Part shown: positions 1-8,784 of the stretch, one piece after another | Layout of the letters: each line of letters opens with the position of its first letter | How positions within the stretch are numbered: position 1 is the first letter of the stretch | NCBI GenBank assembly: GCA_964643685.1 | Contig: CAZXTN010000003.1 | Coordinates: 1-64,000, forward strand | Source of the DNA: Candidatus Micrarchaeota archaeon | GTDB lineage: Archaea > B1Sed10-29 > JAJRYS01 | DNA: 64,000 nt | Direction: 5' to 3' | Made by a program: the position numbers and the translations under genes | The notes under the pieces: generated by a model | Seen by the model: the letters and a program-made list of their open reading frames with translations, nothing else | What the model was told of the DNA's origin: nothing | Databases searched by the model: none

Positions 1-130
1 TCCGGCTTCGTTTCGCTCTTGCTTTGCAAGATGCGAGAACTGGCGGGAATAAGCTAGCTGAATGATTTAGATCTTGAGTACAGAGCAGCAGTTGAGAGTT
101 GGATCTTTATTCTTATAAGTGTGTTGCCTG

Positions 131-170
131 TTAAATTACAGAATTGTAATTTAAGAGACAAGTTTATATA
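131..170 (+). promoter_or_regulatory. Inverted-repeat operator plus TATA box of the AbiE-like operon
   Basis: TTAAATTACA-GAAT-TGTAATTTAA perfect 10-bp inverted repeat (131-154) directly upstream of TTTATATA (163-170); ATG at 192. Confidence 0.6.
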
Positions 171-191
171 TTGGGTAAGCGTAATTTATTT

Positions 192-647
192 ATGAATATT
201 TATAAAGCTCTTGAAATTCTCAGGAAAAGTAAAATTCCTGTTTTTAAAACAGTTGATATTGCAAGGAAATTAAAAATTAGCAAGAATAACACAAACGTTT
301 ACATAAAAAGAATGGTTGATAAGGGAATGCTTTACAGGATTTCAAAGGGCTTTTATTCTTTGGAAAATGACCCTATTTTGTACGCATCTTACATTGTTCC
401 AAATTCATATATCTCGTTTAATTCTGCTCTTTATTTAAGAAAAAAAATTAATCAAATCCCTGCTGTTATTCAGGTTGCTGTTCCAAAAAGAATTAAGAAA
501 AATATTGAAGGTGTTGAGTTTATTCCTCTTCCGAAAAAAATGATTAAGGATTTCACAAGATTAAATTATAAGGGATATTCAATTTGGGTTGCAACCGCTA
601 AAAAAGCAAAAGAGGATATAAAATACAAATTTGGTGGTAAAAAGTGA
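192..647 (+). CDS. Type IV toxin-antitoxin antitoxin, AbiEi family (wHTH)
   Basis: N-terminal wHTH (..LYRISKGFY), 'SYISFNSAL' AbiEi motif; overlaps the downstream nucleotidyltransferase; ATG 192 preferred over TTG 171. Confidence 0.8.
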   Translation: MNIYKALEILRKSKIPVFKTVDIARKLKISKNNTNVYIKRMVDKGMLYRISKGFYSLENDPILYASYIVPNSYISFNSALYLRKKINQIPAVIQVAVPKRIKKNIEGVEFIPLPKKMIKDFTRLNYKGYSIWVATAKKAKEDIKYKFGGKK

Positions 648-1396
648 TATCAAAAGAAGAGTTAATTAAGATTGCTAAGAAAAATAATTTAAAGCCATTT
701 CAGCAGGAAAAACATTATATTCAAACTATTATTTTATCTGGAATTTATTCAAGTTTGACAAATGAATTAGTTTTCAAAGGAGGTACTGCTCTTTTTTTCT
801 TTTATGGCTTGAATAGGTTTTCTGAAGACTTGGACTTTACAAAGTTTAAAAATTTTGATATGAAAAAAGTAAAGGAATCAATTCGAAATACCTTTGAATT
901 GTTGAATATTCCTAATAGAATCAAAGAGATGAAAACACCTGCTGGCAAAAAAATAAAAATAAAAGCAGAAGGCCCTTTATATCGTGGAGAGTTAAGTGAA
1001 TGCGTGGTTGATTTGGATATTTCAAATAGGAATGACTTGGTTTTAGAAGCAGAAACAAAAGAGGTAATTCCAATTTACAACGATGTTCGTCCTTTTACAA
1101 TTTCAGTAATGCAAAAAGAAGAGATACTATCTGAAAAAATAAGAGCAGTGATAAAAAGAGACAAAGCAAGAGATGTTTATGATTTGTGGTTTCTTCTTAA
1201 GAAAGGAATTGACTTTGATTTAAATTTAGTAAATAAAAAAATGAAGTATTACAAAGAAAAATTTGACTATGACGAACTCAAATTAAACATAATTAAAAGC
1301 AAAAAGTACTGGAATTCAGATTTGAAAGGACTTTTGCCAGTTGTTCCTTCATTTAACGAAGCTTCAAAACTTATTTTATCTGAAATTAAAGATTAA
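644..1396 (+). CDS. AbiEii/AbiGii-family nucleotidyltransferase toxin
   Basis: FKGGTAL..YGLNRFSEDLDF, EKIRA, RDVYDLW motifs. Confidence 0.88.
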   Translation: MISKEELIKIAKKNNLKPFQQEKHYIQTIILSGIYSSLTNELVFKGGTALFFFYGLNRFSEDLDFTKFKNFDMKKVKESIRNTFELLNIPNRIKEMKTPAGKKIKIKAEGPLYRGELSECVVDLDISNRNDLVLEAETKEVIPIYNDVRPFTISVMQKEEILSEKIRAVIKRDKARDVYDLWFLLKKGIDFDLNLVNKKMKYYKEKFDYDELKLNIIKSKKYWNSDLKGLLPVVPSFNEASKLILSEIKD

Positions 1397-1484
1397 TTGA
1401 CCTATTAATTAATTTACAATTAACAACATATCAAAAGAAGCAGATGCAGAACAACTTTTATACTCCTAAATACTAATTTCATTC

Positions 1485-1696
1485 ATGGGTAAGAAATATT
1501 TATTTGATGAACCTTTAATTAAATGCTTAATAAAATCCAGGTCAAATAGGTTCATGATGCTTGTTGAAATTAATGGAAAAATTGTTGGAAAAAGATAAAG
1601 AAAGCAAGCAAAAAAGGAGCACAACAATGGCAAGTTAATATGAAGACAAATAAAAAAGGAGTTGAATTACTGAATTATTTCAAATTAAACCTATGA
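1485..1696 (+). pseudogene. sfsA: Internally deleted SfsA-like nuclease remnant
   Basis: 1485-1598 reads MGKKYLFDEPLIKCLIKSRSNRFMMLVEING (SfsA N-terminus-like); shifted frame 1595-1696 reads KKASKKGAQQWQVNMKTNKKGVELLNYF (C-terminus-like); core missing. Confidence 0.55.
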
Positions 1697-1811
1697 TTTT
1701 AAAACAAGATATACAAATTAATTTTTTAACCATTTTAAAAAGCAACATCTACAATAACCCTCCTTCCTCAGAAGTATAAAATTAAATAATAGAAAAAAGA
1801 GGTAATAAATA

Positions 1812-2192
1812 ATGAAAATTGAAAAGTTAACAAAATTTAAGACCCTTCTAAAAAAGAAAGAAAAGCCAGAGGAGATAATCAATAATCTCTTTTTATTTTT
1901 AGGTTTTAAAGACACAGAAATCAAGCTATACAATTTACTTTTAAGTAAACAACTAACAATGAAGCAAATTAAAGAGAAAATGGATGTAACCGAAAGAACA
2001 ATCAGAGAAAACATAAAATCCCTATCAGAAAAACAGTTAATAATAAGAAAAGTGGTAACAGAAGACAAAAGATTAAAATATGTCTACTCCTCTGTTCCAA
2101 TTACAAAAGCATGGCAAATAATTAAAAGCCAGATAAGAAAAACAATGAAAAAAGCAGATAAAGTGCTTAAAAAAGGACATTCATTACATTAA
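1812..2192 (+). CDS. TrmB-like winged-helix transcriptional regulator
   Basis: LGFKDTEIKLYNLLL..LTMKQI..VTERTIRENIKSLSEKQLI..KYVY pattern. Confidence 0.75.
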   Translation: MKIEKLTKFKTLLKKKEKPEEIINNLFLFLGFKDTEIKLYNLLLSKQLTMKQIKEKMDVTERTIRENIKSLSEKQLIIRKVVTEDKRLKYVYSSVPITKAWQIIKSQIRKTMKKADKVLKKGHSLH

Positions 2193-2297
2193 TTACCCTC
2201 CTTTTTTATATTTTAAGTAGTCGAAGCAGATTCTCTTCCTTTTTAATTTAACCGGAAGTTATTTAAACAAGAAACTACATTTGAATACATAATTACA

Positions 2298-2325
2298 TAC
2301 ATATGAAATTATAATTTCATATGTA
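2298..2325. promoter_or_regulatory. 28-bp perfect palindrome, probable operator
   Basis: TACATATGAAATTA|TAATTTCATATGTA between a TATA-like TTTAAA (~2262) and SD GGAGGTGA (2338-2345). Confidence 0.7.
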
Positions 2326-2350
2326 AATTTTGCTTTTGGAGGTGAAAAAG

Positions 2351-2488
2351 ATGGTTGATTTAACAGCATTAACTTCAATGGATTTGCCGACAATTGGAAT
2401 TATCCTCGCTGTTCTTTTAGTAATAGCTGGAGCTGCATTGTACTTCACAGGCAATTTAGAGAAGTTAACAGAAAAATTAGGAATCTAA
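2351..2488 (+). CDS. 45-aa single-pass membrane protein (not in ORF track)
   Basis: MVDLTALTSMDLPTIGIILAVLLVIAGAALYFTGNLEKLTEKLGI; perfect SD; followed by a hairpin and T-tract. Confidence 0.75.
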   Translation: MVDLTALTSMDLPTIGIILAVLLVIAGAALYFTGNLEKLTEKLGI

Positions 2489-2610
2489 ACAAAAGCATAA
2501 GGAGGGTGCCTTTTTTTACCTCCTTTAAACCCTCCTTTTAGAAAGAAAGATAAGAACCATTAAACCATTACCATTCTCTTTAATTTTAAAATATACAAAA
2601 GGAATGAATT

Positions 2611-3609
2611 ATGAAAAAATCAAATGAAGTTATTCAAAAAATTTTTGACTTGAACAGCATCACTCCTAATGAAAATATGTGGGTTTGGTGGTTTTGGCTG
2701 TTCACATTTGAAAACCCTTTTAATTCTGAGAAGCCAAGACAACTGGCAATTATGTGGTCTCTGAAAAAGGATGACAATCTTAGTTGTAACAGTTTAGATG
2801 TTTCTATGAAAAGGTTAATCAAAAAAGATGGTTCAATTGAAGCAGTGGTAGCAGCTTGGTATTTTGATGGAGAAAAAATGCATGAAAATTTTTTATTGAA
2901 TAGAACTGAATTAAATCAAACCAGTTATGGAATAAAAACACCTAATCCTAACACAACTTTTGAATTTGAAGATGACACTTTCAGAGTAGTCATAGATAGT
3001 AACATGGAATTTGAAGCTAAGTTAGAAAAGGGAAACAAGTTCACAGAGCCTTGGTTTAAATCCATTAAAAAATTTGGAAGGCAAGTTGACATGGTGGGGA
3101 TAAATAAACTTGACTTAAAAGCAAAAGTAAATGGAAAAAATTTAAATGGAACAGCTTATTTTTCAAAAGTTTCTTTAAAAAACGTGCCTGCTCCTTCATG
3201 GTATTGGGGCCTTTTCCATTTTAAAAACAACAGGTTTTTGTCCTATTTCAACCCTTACATCCTAAAAAAATCAGTCATAGAAGGAGTCACTTACTATGAT
3301 GGAGAAATGGAACATAGATTCAACAATATTAAAATAAAAAAAGAGGAAGGAGAACTCCCGATTTTTCATATAACAGCAAGCGATAAAGATAAAAAAATAG
3401 AATTTTCAGTTGAAACTTATTCAAAAGCAGTTTGGAAATTTAGAAAGAAAAAATTTAAAATAATACCAATTAATTACAATTATAATGAATATCCCTCCAA
3501 AGTAACTAATTTTAAATTTACTGATTTGAAAAACAATAGAACCATTACAGGAAAGGATATTGGCATTGGAATTGGAAACGTTGAACAAACCACAGGAATT
3601 TTAATATAA
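2611..3609 (+). CDS. Hypothetical beta-rich protein, tocopherol cyclase/AttH-like
   Basis: Trp-rich WVWWFWLF and SWYWG motifs, GTAYF, C-terminal G-GNVE; fold assignment tentative. Confidence 0.4.
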   Translation: MKKSNEVIQKIFDLNSITPNENMWVWWFWLFTFENPFNSEKPRQLAIMWSLKKDDNLSCNSLDVSMKRLIKKDGSIEAVVAAWYFDGEKMHENFLLNRTELNQTSYGIKTPNPNTTFEFEDDTFRVVIDSNMEFEAKLEKGNKFTEPWFKSIKKFGRQVDMVGINKLDLKAKVNGKNLNGTAYFSKVSLKNVPAPSWYWGLFHFKNNRFLSYFNPYILKKSVIEGVTYYDGEMEHRFNNIKIKKEEGELPIFHITASDKDKKIEFSVETYSKAVWKFRKKKFKIIPINYNYNEYPSKVTNFKFTDLKNNRTITGKDIGIGIGNVEQTTGILI

Positions 3610-3728
3610 CCCTAATTTTAAAAAGTGAAATATTAATTTATAATAAAAACAAATCTTCCAAAATTGGAGAATTAATCTTTTTAATAATGGAAGTCAAACA
3701 AAGATTAATTAAAAAAAAGGTTAAAACA

Positions 3729-4361
3729 ATGAATATATCAGATTTAACAAAACAAGTTAATTCCTTGAAAAAAACAAGCACAGGAGAATTAATCAAGCAA
3801 AGAATGAAAGAGTTTGAAAAAAACAAAAAAGCTGCAAACAGTACTTTGTTTTCAGAACTAAGCTTCTGCCTTTTGACAGCTAATTTTGACGCTGAAAAAA
3901 CAATAAAAATACAAAGACAAATGGGAAAAGGGTTTCTTAGTTTAAGTGAAAAGCAGTTGAGCAAAAAGTTAAAAGGATTGGGACACAGGTTTCCGAACAC
4001 CAGGGCAAAGTACATTGTTGAAGCAAGAAAACATGCCAAAGATTTGAAAAAAGTTTTGAAACAGTTTAAGACAGACGAGGAAAGAAGAAATTGGCTTGTG
4101 AAAAACATTAAAGGGTTAGGATTCAAAGAAGCATCGCATTTCCTGAGAAATATCGGCTATGAAAACGTTGCTATTGTTGATTTTCATATTCTTGACTTAC
4201 TTGAAAAAAACAATTTAATGCAAAAACCAAAAACACTGAGCAAGAAGAGATACTTGGAAGTAGAGGAGATTCTAAAAAAGATAAGTGAAAAAACAGGAAT
4301 TTCTCTTGGCGAACTTGACTTGTACTTGTGGTTTTTAGAAACAGGCAAAGTGTTAAAATAA
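3729..4361 (+). CDS. ogg: 8-oxoguanine DNA glycosylase/AP lyase (archaeal Ogg2 type)
   Basis: ELSFCLLTAN, HRFPNTRAKYI, HhH IKGLGFKEASHFLRNIG, DFHIL, DLYLW, terminal Lys. Confidence 0.92.
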   Translation: MNISDLTKQVNSLKKTSTGELIKQRMKEFEKNKKAANSTLFSELSFCLLTANFDAEKTIKIQRQMGKGFLSLSEKQLSKKLKGLGHRFPNTRAKYIVEARKHAKDLKKVLKQFKTDEERRNWLVKNIKGLGFKEASHFLRNIGYENVAIVDFHILDLLEKNNLMQKPKTLSKKRYLEVEEILKKISEKTGISLGELDLYLWFLETGKVLK

Positions 4362-4411
4362 ACAATAGTGTTTCAATAACTTAGTAAAATTAAGAAGGGT
4401 GATTTTTGAAA

Positions 4412-4990
4412 ATGAGCGAAACATTAATTAACTTGGCTAAAGCTTTTGTAGGTGAAAGCCAAGCAAGGAACAGGTACACTTTTTATGCGAAAGTGGCTAA
4501 AAAAGAAGGGTATGAGAAAATAAGAGAAATTTTTCTACTAACAGCTGACAACGAAGAAGAACACGCCAAGTGGCTTATGAGAATGATGAACCAGTTGACA
4601 CAAGAAACAGGCGAAACAATCAAAATACCAGAAGCAGAAGTGCCAACAGAGCTAGGAGACACTATTAGCAACTTGAAGTCAGCAATAACAGGGGAAAACT
4701 ATGAAACTGAAACAATGTACCCTGGATTTGCAGACGTAGCTGAGAAAGAAGGTTACTTAGACATAGCAAAGAGGTTAAGAGCAATTGCAAAGGCAGAGTG
4801 GCATCATAGGCAAAGGTTTGAAAAACTCTTAAAGCAATTAGAGAATGACACTTTTTTCAAGAAAGAAGAAAAAGTTTATTGGGTTTGCAGGGAATGCGGT
4901 TACATACACGAGGGAACAGAACCACCTGAAACATGCCCTTCATGCGGACACCCGAAAGCATACTTTGAACTGCAAAACGAGAACTACTGA
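4412..4990 (+). CDS. rbr: Rubrerythrin
   Basis: AFVGESQARNRY, E..H diiron motifs, C-terminal CRECG..CPSC rubredoxin domain. Confidence 0.95.
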   Translation: MSETLINLAKAFVGESQARNRYTFYAKVAKKEGYEKIREIFLLTADNEEEHAKWLMRMMNQLTQETGETIKIPEAEVPTELGDTISNLKSAITGENYETETMYPGFADVAEKEGYLDIAKRLRAIAKAEWHHRQRFEKLLKQLENDTFFKKEEKVYWVCRECGYIHEGTEPPETCPSCGHPKAYFELQNENY

Positions 4991-5079
4991 AGAGAAAAAA
5001 TCTTTTTTTCTCTTTTTTTTATTTATTTTCCTTCTTTCTTTTTATAAAAACCACAAAGCAGAGGGCCTTTGAAAACACT

Positions 5080-5928
5080 TTACACTTTTTTTAAAAAAAC
5101 CCAGTTATCAACACTGTTAGCCCAATTATCATACTCTTCTTTATTAGAAGTAAACCAGTTTCCAATAAACTTATGTGGTTCTTCTTCACTGCATTTTAAA
5201 GGCTTCTCATCTCTTTCTTTTTTTGAAATGATCAATTCCTCCCTTGATTTTACTCCCCTTGATTCATATTCAGAAAAAACTTCATCATCAATTAATTCAA
5301 AAAAAGAAATTAGTTGCTCATCTTGACCATTCCTAACAGACACTGCTATCTCCCCGCTATTTCCAGGGCTGATTGTGCCAATGAACTGCCCAGCTTCAAC
5401 TTCCTCCCCTAAACTCAAGTTAGTCAATACATGAAAAAATCCGAAATAAACAGAGGGGTATTCTTTTGACTGGATTAAAAATTGCTTTTCAACTTCCCCT
5501 AGAGCATTTTTTGAAGAACGCAAATCAACTACTTTTCCAGAAACAGGTGAGAAGTATTTGACAACAGGCCAGTCTGATTCTGAAAAATTGCCTTCATGGT
5601 ACTTGGTCCAAAAAGATTCATTAACGCCAATAGGTTCAAAGTAATGCTTCATGCTCCTGCAAGAAGAAGTTTCATTAAAACCCCTGCTGAAATCATGCCC
5701 AACTCCTGACCTAAACTTTGAAATTTTATAAATTTTATCCAACTCAATAAAATTTTTATGTACAAATTTAGGCAAACTTGAAAGGTTAACTCCTTTAACC
5801 TCTTGATAATTATGTTCATTTTGATGCAAAAGAGGAGTAGTTGAAGTGTTATTAACACAGCCGGTTAAAAAAACAGTTACAAAAACAAAGATTGAAAGCA
5901 AAAAAAGGAGATAATTTTTATTTAGCAT
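5080..5928 (-). CDS. Predicted lipoprotein, M23-peptidase-like fold
   Basis: Signal peptide ending FLTGC; SKFRSGVGHDF..CRSMKHYF, SPVSGKV, FHV..GEEVEAGQFIG. Confidence 0.55.
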   Translation of the reverse strand: MLNKNYLLFLLSIFVFVTVFLTGCVNNTSTTPLLHQNEHNYQEVKGVNLSSLPKFVHKNFIELDKIYKISKFRSGVGHDFSRGFNETSSCRSMKHYFEPIGVNESFWTKYHEGNFSESDWPVVKYFSPVSGKVVDLRSSKNALGEVEKQFLIQSKEYPSVYFGFFHVLTNLSLGEEVEAGQFIGTISPGNSGEIAVSVRNGQDEQLISFFELIDDEVFSEYESRGVKSREELIISKKERDEKPLKCSEEEPHKFIGNWFTSNKEEYDNWANSVDNWVFLKKV

Positions 5929-6037
5929 AAGGATTAAAAATAGTTATTATAATTTAAAACTTTGTTAATTAGGTAACTTTTTTTAAAAAAAGAGGACGTT
6001 ACACCTTTAAATTCTTAATTCTTTTTATTTTAAAACA

Positions 6038-6676
6038 ATGAATGAAAAAGAAATTCTTAAAATTTTAATAAAAGAATACGGCAAGCCGACTACTCAGTTG
6101 ATTCATAGAAATCCTTTCCAGCTGATGATTGCCACGATTTTGTCAGCCCAATGCACTGATGAAAGAGTCAACAAAGTAGCTCCAATTCTATTTAAGAAAT
6201 ATAAGACGCCTAAGGATTTTGCAAAAGCTGATTTGAATGACTTGAAAAGAATAATTAAGTCAACTGGGTATTACAATCAAAAAGCAAAGCGTCTGAAAGA
6301 ATCATCCAAAATGTTAGTTGAAAAATACGGAGGCAAAGTGCCTGAGTCAGTAGACGAGCTTGTTAAGTTGCCTGGCGTTGGGAGAAAAACAGCTAATATT
6401 ATAATCACGTATGGCTTGAAAGGAAACCAGGGCATAGCAGTTGATACTCACGTGCGCAGGGTAAGTTACAGGTTGGGTTTGACTGAAAGCAAAAACCCTA
6501 AAATTATTGAGCAGGATTTGATGAAAAAGTTTAATAAAAAAGACTGGCCTTTAATCAATTCACTGTTGGTATGGCACGGTAGAAAATATTGTAATGCGCG
6601 CAAGCCAAAATGCAAAGAGTGTCCATTAAACAAAATATGTCCAAAAAGAGGGCTGAGCGAAGCGAATGCCGTCTAG
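6038..6676 (+). CDS. nth: Endonuclease III
   Basis: LSAQCTDERVN, LPGVGRKTAN, AVDTHV, CxxxxxxCxxCxxxxxC FeS motif. Confidence 0.96.
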   Translation: MNEKEILKILIKEYGKPTTQLIHRNPFQLMIATILSAQCTDERVNKVAPILFKKYKTPKDFAKADLNDLKRIIKSTGYYNQKAKRLKESSKMLVEKYGGKVPESVDELVKLPGVGRKTANIIITYGLKGNQGIAVDTHVRRVSYRLGLTESKNPKIIEQDLMKKFNKKDWPLINSLLVWHGRKYCNARKPKCKECPLNKICPKRGLSEANAV

Positions 6677-6754
6677 CGATCCAACGGCTGGCCGTTGGCG
6701 CGTAAGCCAAAATGCAAAGAGTGTCCATTGAATAAGATATGTCCAAAAAAAGGA
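6596..6754 (+). repeat. 57-bp direct duplication of the nth 3' end flanking a hairpin cassette
   Basis: 6596-6652 vs 6698-6754, 6 mismatches; intervening CTGAGCGAAGCGAATGCCGTCTAGCGATCCAACGGCTGGCCGTTG. Confidence 0.9.
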
Positions 6755-6765
6755 GTTGAAAAAAA

Positions 6766-8142
6766 GTGAGTGAAGAAAAGTTGAATAGGGTAATTAATTT
6801 TAATCAATTAGTGATTTATGGTGTAGGGGTTATTCTCGGTGCTGGTATTTACGCCTTGATTGGAGAAGCTGCTGGAACAACTGGCCCTAGTTTGTGGATG
6901 AGTTTTTTGTTTGCTGCAATAGTTGCTTCTTTCACTGGATTAAGTTACGCTGAACTTAGTTCAATAAAACAGACAACTGCATCTGAATACATGTACGTCA
7001 AGCAAGGTTTTAAGAACAAAAGAACTGCTTTTATTGTCAGCTGGTTGATTAACATAGTTGACATTACTGCAATTACCACTGTATCTCTTGGTTTTGCTAA
7101 TTACTTTGTTGCTTTATTTTTTCCAAAATTAATTGACAAGGTTATCCTCAGCTTGTTTGAAATAACCTTAACCCCTGTCGTACTTGTTGCTTCTTTGCTC
7201 ATCCTTGCCTTGACTTTAATTAATTACATTGGAATAAAACAATCCGTAAACTTGAACATAATATTCACTTTAATTGAGTCAATTGGTTTATTAGTTATCA
7301 TCCTGCTTGGAGGCATTCACTTGGCTCAAGGAGGGCACGTGCCTAACTTGCTTGAAATGCCTTTTGGTTTTACAGGATTGTTCGGAGCAGTGGCTTTGAT
7401 TTTCTTCGCTTACCTTGGTTTTGAAGACCTGGCTAACTTAGGAGAAGAAGTAAAGGAAGCTAAGAAAAACATTCCAAAAGCAATCTTATTATCAATAGTA
7501 ATAACAACAATCATCTACGTTCTTGTTTCAATTTCAGCTGTAAGCATAATTCCATGGCAACAATTAGGCAATTCTCCTCAGCCACTTGCTGATGTTGCCA
7601 ATGCAAAACTCGGAGCAAAAGGAAGTTTTATGCTTTCTTTCATTGCCTTATTTTCAACTTTCAACACAGTGCTTATAATGATTACAGCTGTTTCAAGAGT
7701 CATTTATGGAATGGCAAAAGATAATTCCTTGCCTAAATTTTTAGCAAAAGTAAGCAGAAAAAGAAAAACACCTGTAAATGCCTTAATTGCAGTTGCTTTA
7801 ATAGCAATTGCAGCTTCTTTCATGAAGGACATTGGAGAAGTAGCTGAGCTTACAACACTTGGAGTGTTTATTGTTTTTGGAATGATAAACGCTTCCTTAA
7901 TTAAAATAAGGTTAAGTAATGAAAAATTACCTGAAGACAGGTTCAAAACTCCTTTCAACATAGGCAGATTTCCTTTAATTCCTTTTTTTGGGTTGCTTTC
8001 AAGCATTTGGATGATTGGAACCTACCTCGTGAAAAACACTGCAAGTGGACTGCAGGTTAATTTATTAAATCCCTCAGTAATAATAGTAATCATTGAGATA
8101 ACACTGGGAATAATTGCTTTTGAACTGCTTAAAAGGAGATGA
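6766..8142 (+). CDS. APC-family amino acid permease
   Basis: GVGVILGAGIY, SYAELSS, FFAYLGFE..EEVK, SRVIYGMA; about 12 TM. Confidence 0.92.
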   Translation: MSEEKLNRVINFNQLVIYGVGVILGAGIYALIGEAAGTTGPSLWMSFLFAAIVASFTGLSYAELSSIKQTTASEYMYVKQGFKNKRTAFIVSWLINIVDITAITTVSLGFANYFVALFFPKLIDKVILSLFEITLTPVVLVASLLILALTLINYIGIKQSVNLNIIFTLIESIGLLVIILLGGIHLAQGGHVPNLLEMPFGFTGLFGAVALIFFAYLGFEDLANLGEEVKEAKKNIPKAILLSIVITTIIYVLVSISAVSIIPWQQLGNSPQPLADVANAKLGAKGSFMLSFIALFSTFNTVLIMITAVSRVIYGMAKDNSLPKFLAKVSRKRKTPVNALIAVALIAIAASFMKDIGEVAELTTLGVFIVFGMINASLIKIRLSNEKLPEDRFKTPFNIGRFPLIPFFGLLSSIWMIGTYLVKNTASGLQVNLLNPSVIIVIIEITLGIIAFELLKRR

Positions 8143-8149
8143 AGAAAAA

Positions 8150-8371
8150 ATGAATACAAGAAGACAAGTAAACGCGCCGGCAATCGGCTTGATAACTTCA
8201 ATTCTTTATTTGCTCGTATTTAGTTTTTCAAGGTTTATTTTGACAAAAGAACCATTCAACTGGAATGAAGCTTTGCTAGGAGCAGTTATCTTCGGATTAA
8301 TTTTTTTCACAATACAACACACAATAAACTTAAAAATAGGCGAAAAACCAGTGTTCTTAAGCAGAATATGA
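8150..8371 (+). CDS. Small two-TM membrane protein
   Basis: Two hydrophobic segments; follows the permease; SD-like AGGAGA. Confidence 0.55.
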   Translation: MNTRRQVNAPAIGLITSILYLLVFSFSRFILTKEPFNWNEALLGAVIFGLIFFTIQHTINLKIGEKPVFLSRI

Positions 8372-8414
8372 AACACCATAAGGTTTATAAACGTCAATAA
8401 TTAGTAAAATAAGC

Positions 8415-8532
8415 GCTGGCGACCACAGCGGAAGGGAAACACCTGGTAACATTCCGAACCCAGAAGTTAAGCCTTCCAGCGATTCGGCGTGTACTGAATT
8501 TATATTCGGGAAAACCGAGACGTTGCCTAGCA
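8415..8532 (+). rRNA. rrf: 5S rRNA (unlinked)
   Basis: GGCGACCACAGCG..ACACCTGG..CATTCCGAACCCAGAAGTTAAGCC..GTACTG..GGGAA..GTTGCC; own TATA (GTTTATAAA ~8383). Confidence 0.93.
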
Positions 8533-8586
8533 TTCTCTACTATAACATAGTAGAGAAGAACTTTCTTTATTTCTTTCTAAAAAAAG

Positions 8587-8784
8587 TTATTTCACTAGCT
8601 CTATTAATTTTTTAGCTATTTCCATGTGTCCTTTTTCCTGGTCTCTTATTAAAGAAAACATTTCAATCAATTCTTTATCATTTAATCTTTCAATATAATT
8701 GGAATAGAGGTTGAATGCTTTTGTTTCCATTTCCAGCAAATGAACAAAAGGATCAATTGTAACTGCAGTGTGTTTAATACTCAT
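8587..8784 (-). CDS. Small two-helix ferritin-like/rubrerythrin half-domain protein
   Basis: LEMETKAFNLY..IRDQEKGH (E..ExxH). Confidence 0.65.
   Translation of the reverse strand: MSIKHTAVTIDPFVHLLEMETKAFNLYSNYIERLNDKELIEMFSLIRDQEKGHMEIAKKLIELVK

Noticed and set aside
6596-6754. Diversity-generating retroelement TR/VR pair
   Set aside because: Mismatches are not adenine-specific (C/T as well as A/G), are almost all synonymous, and no reverse transcriptase is in the window.
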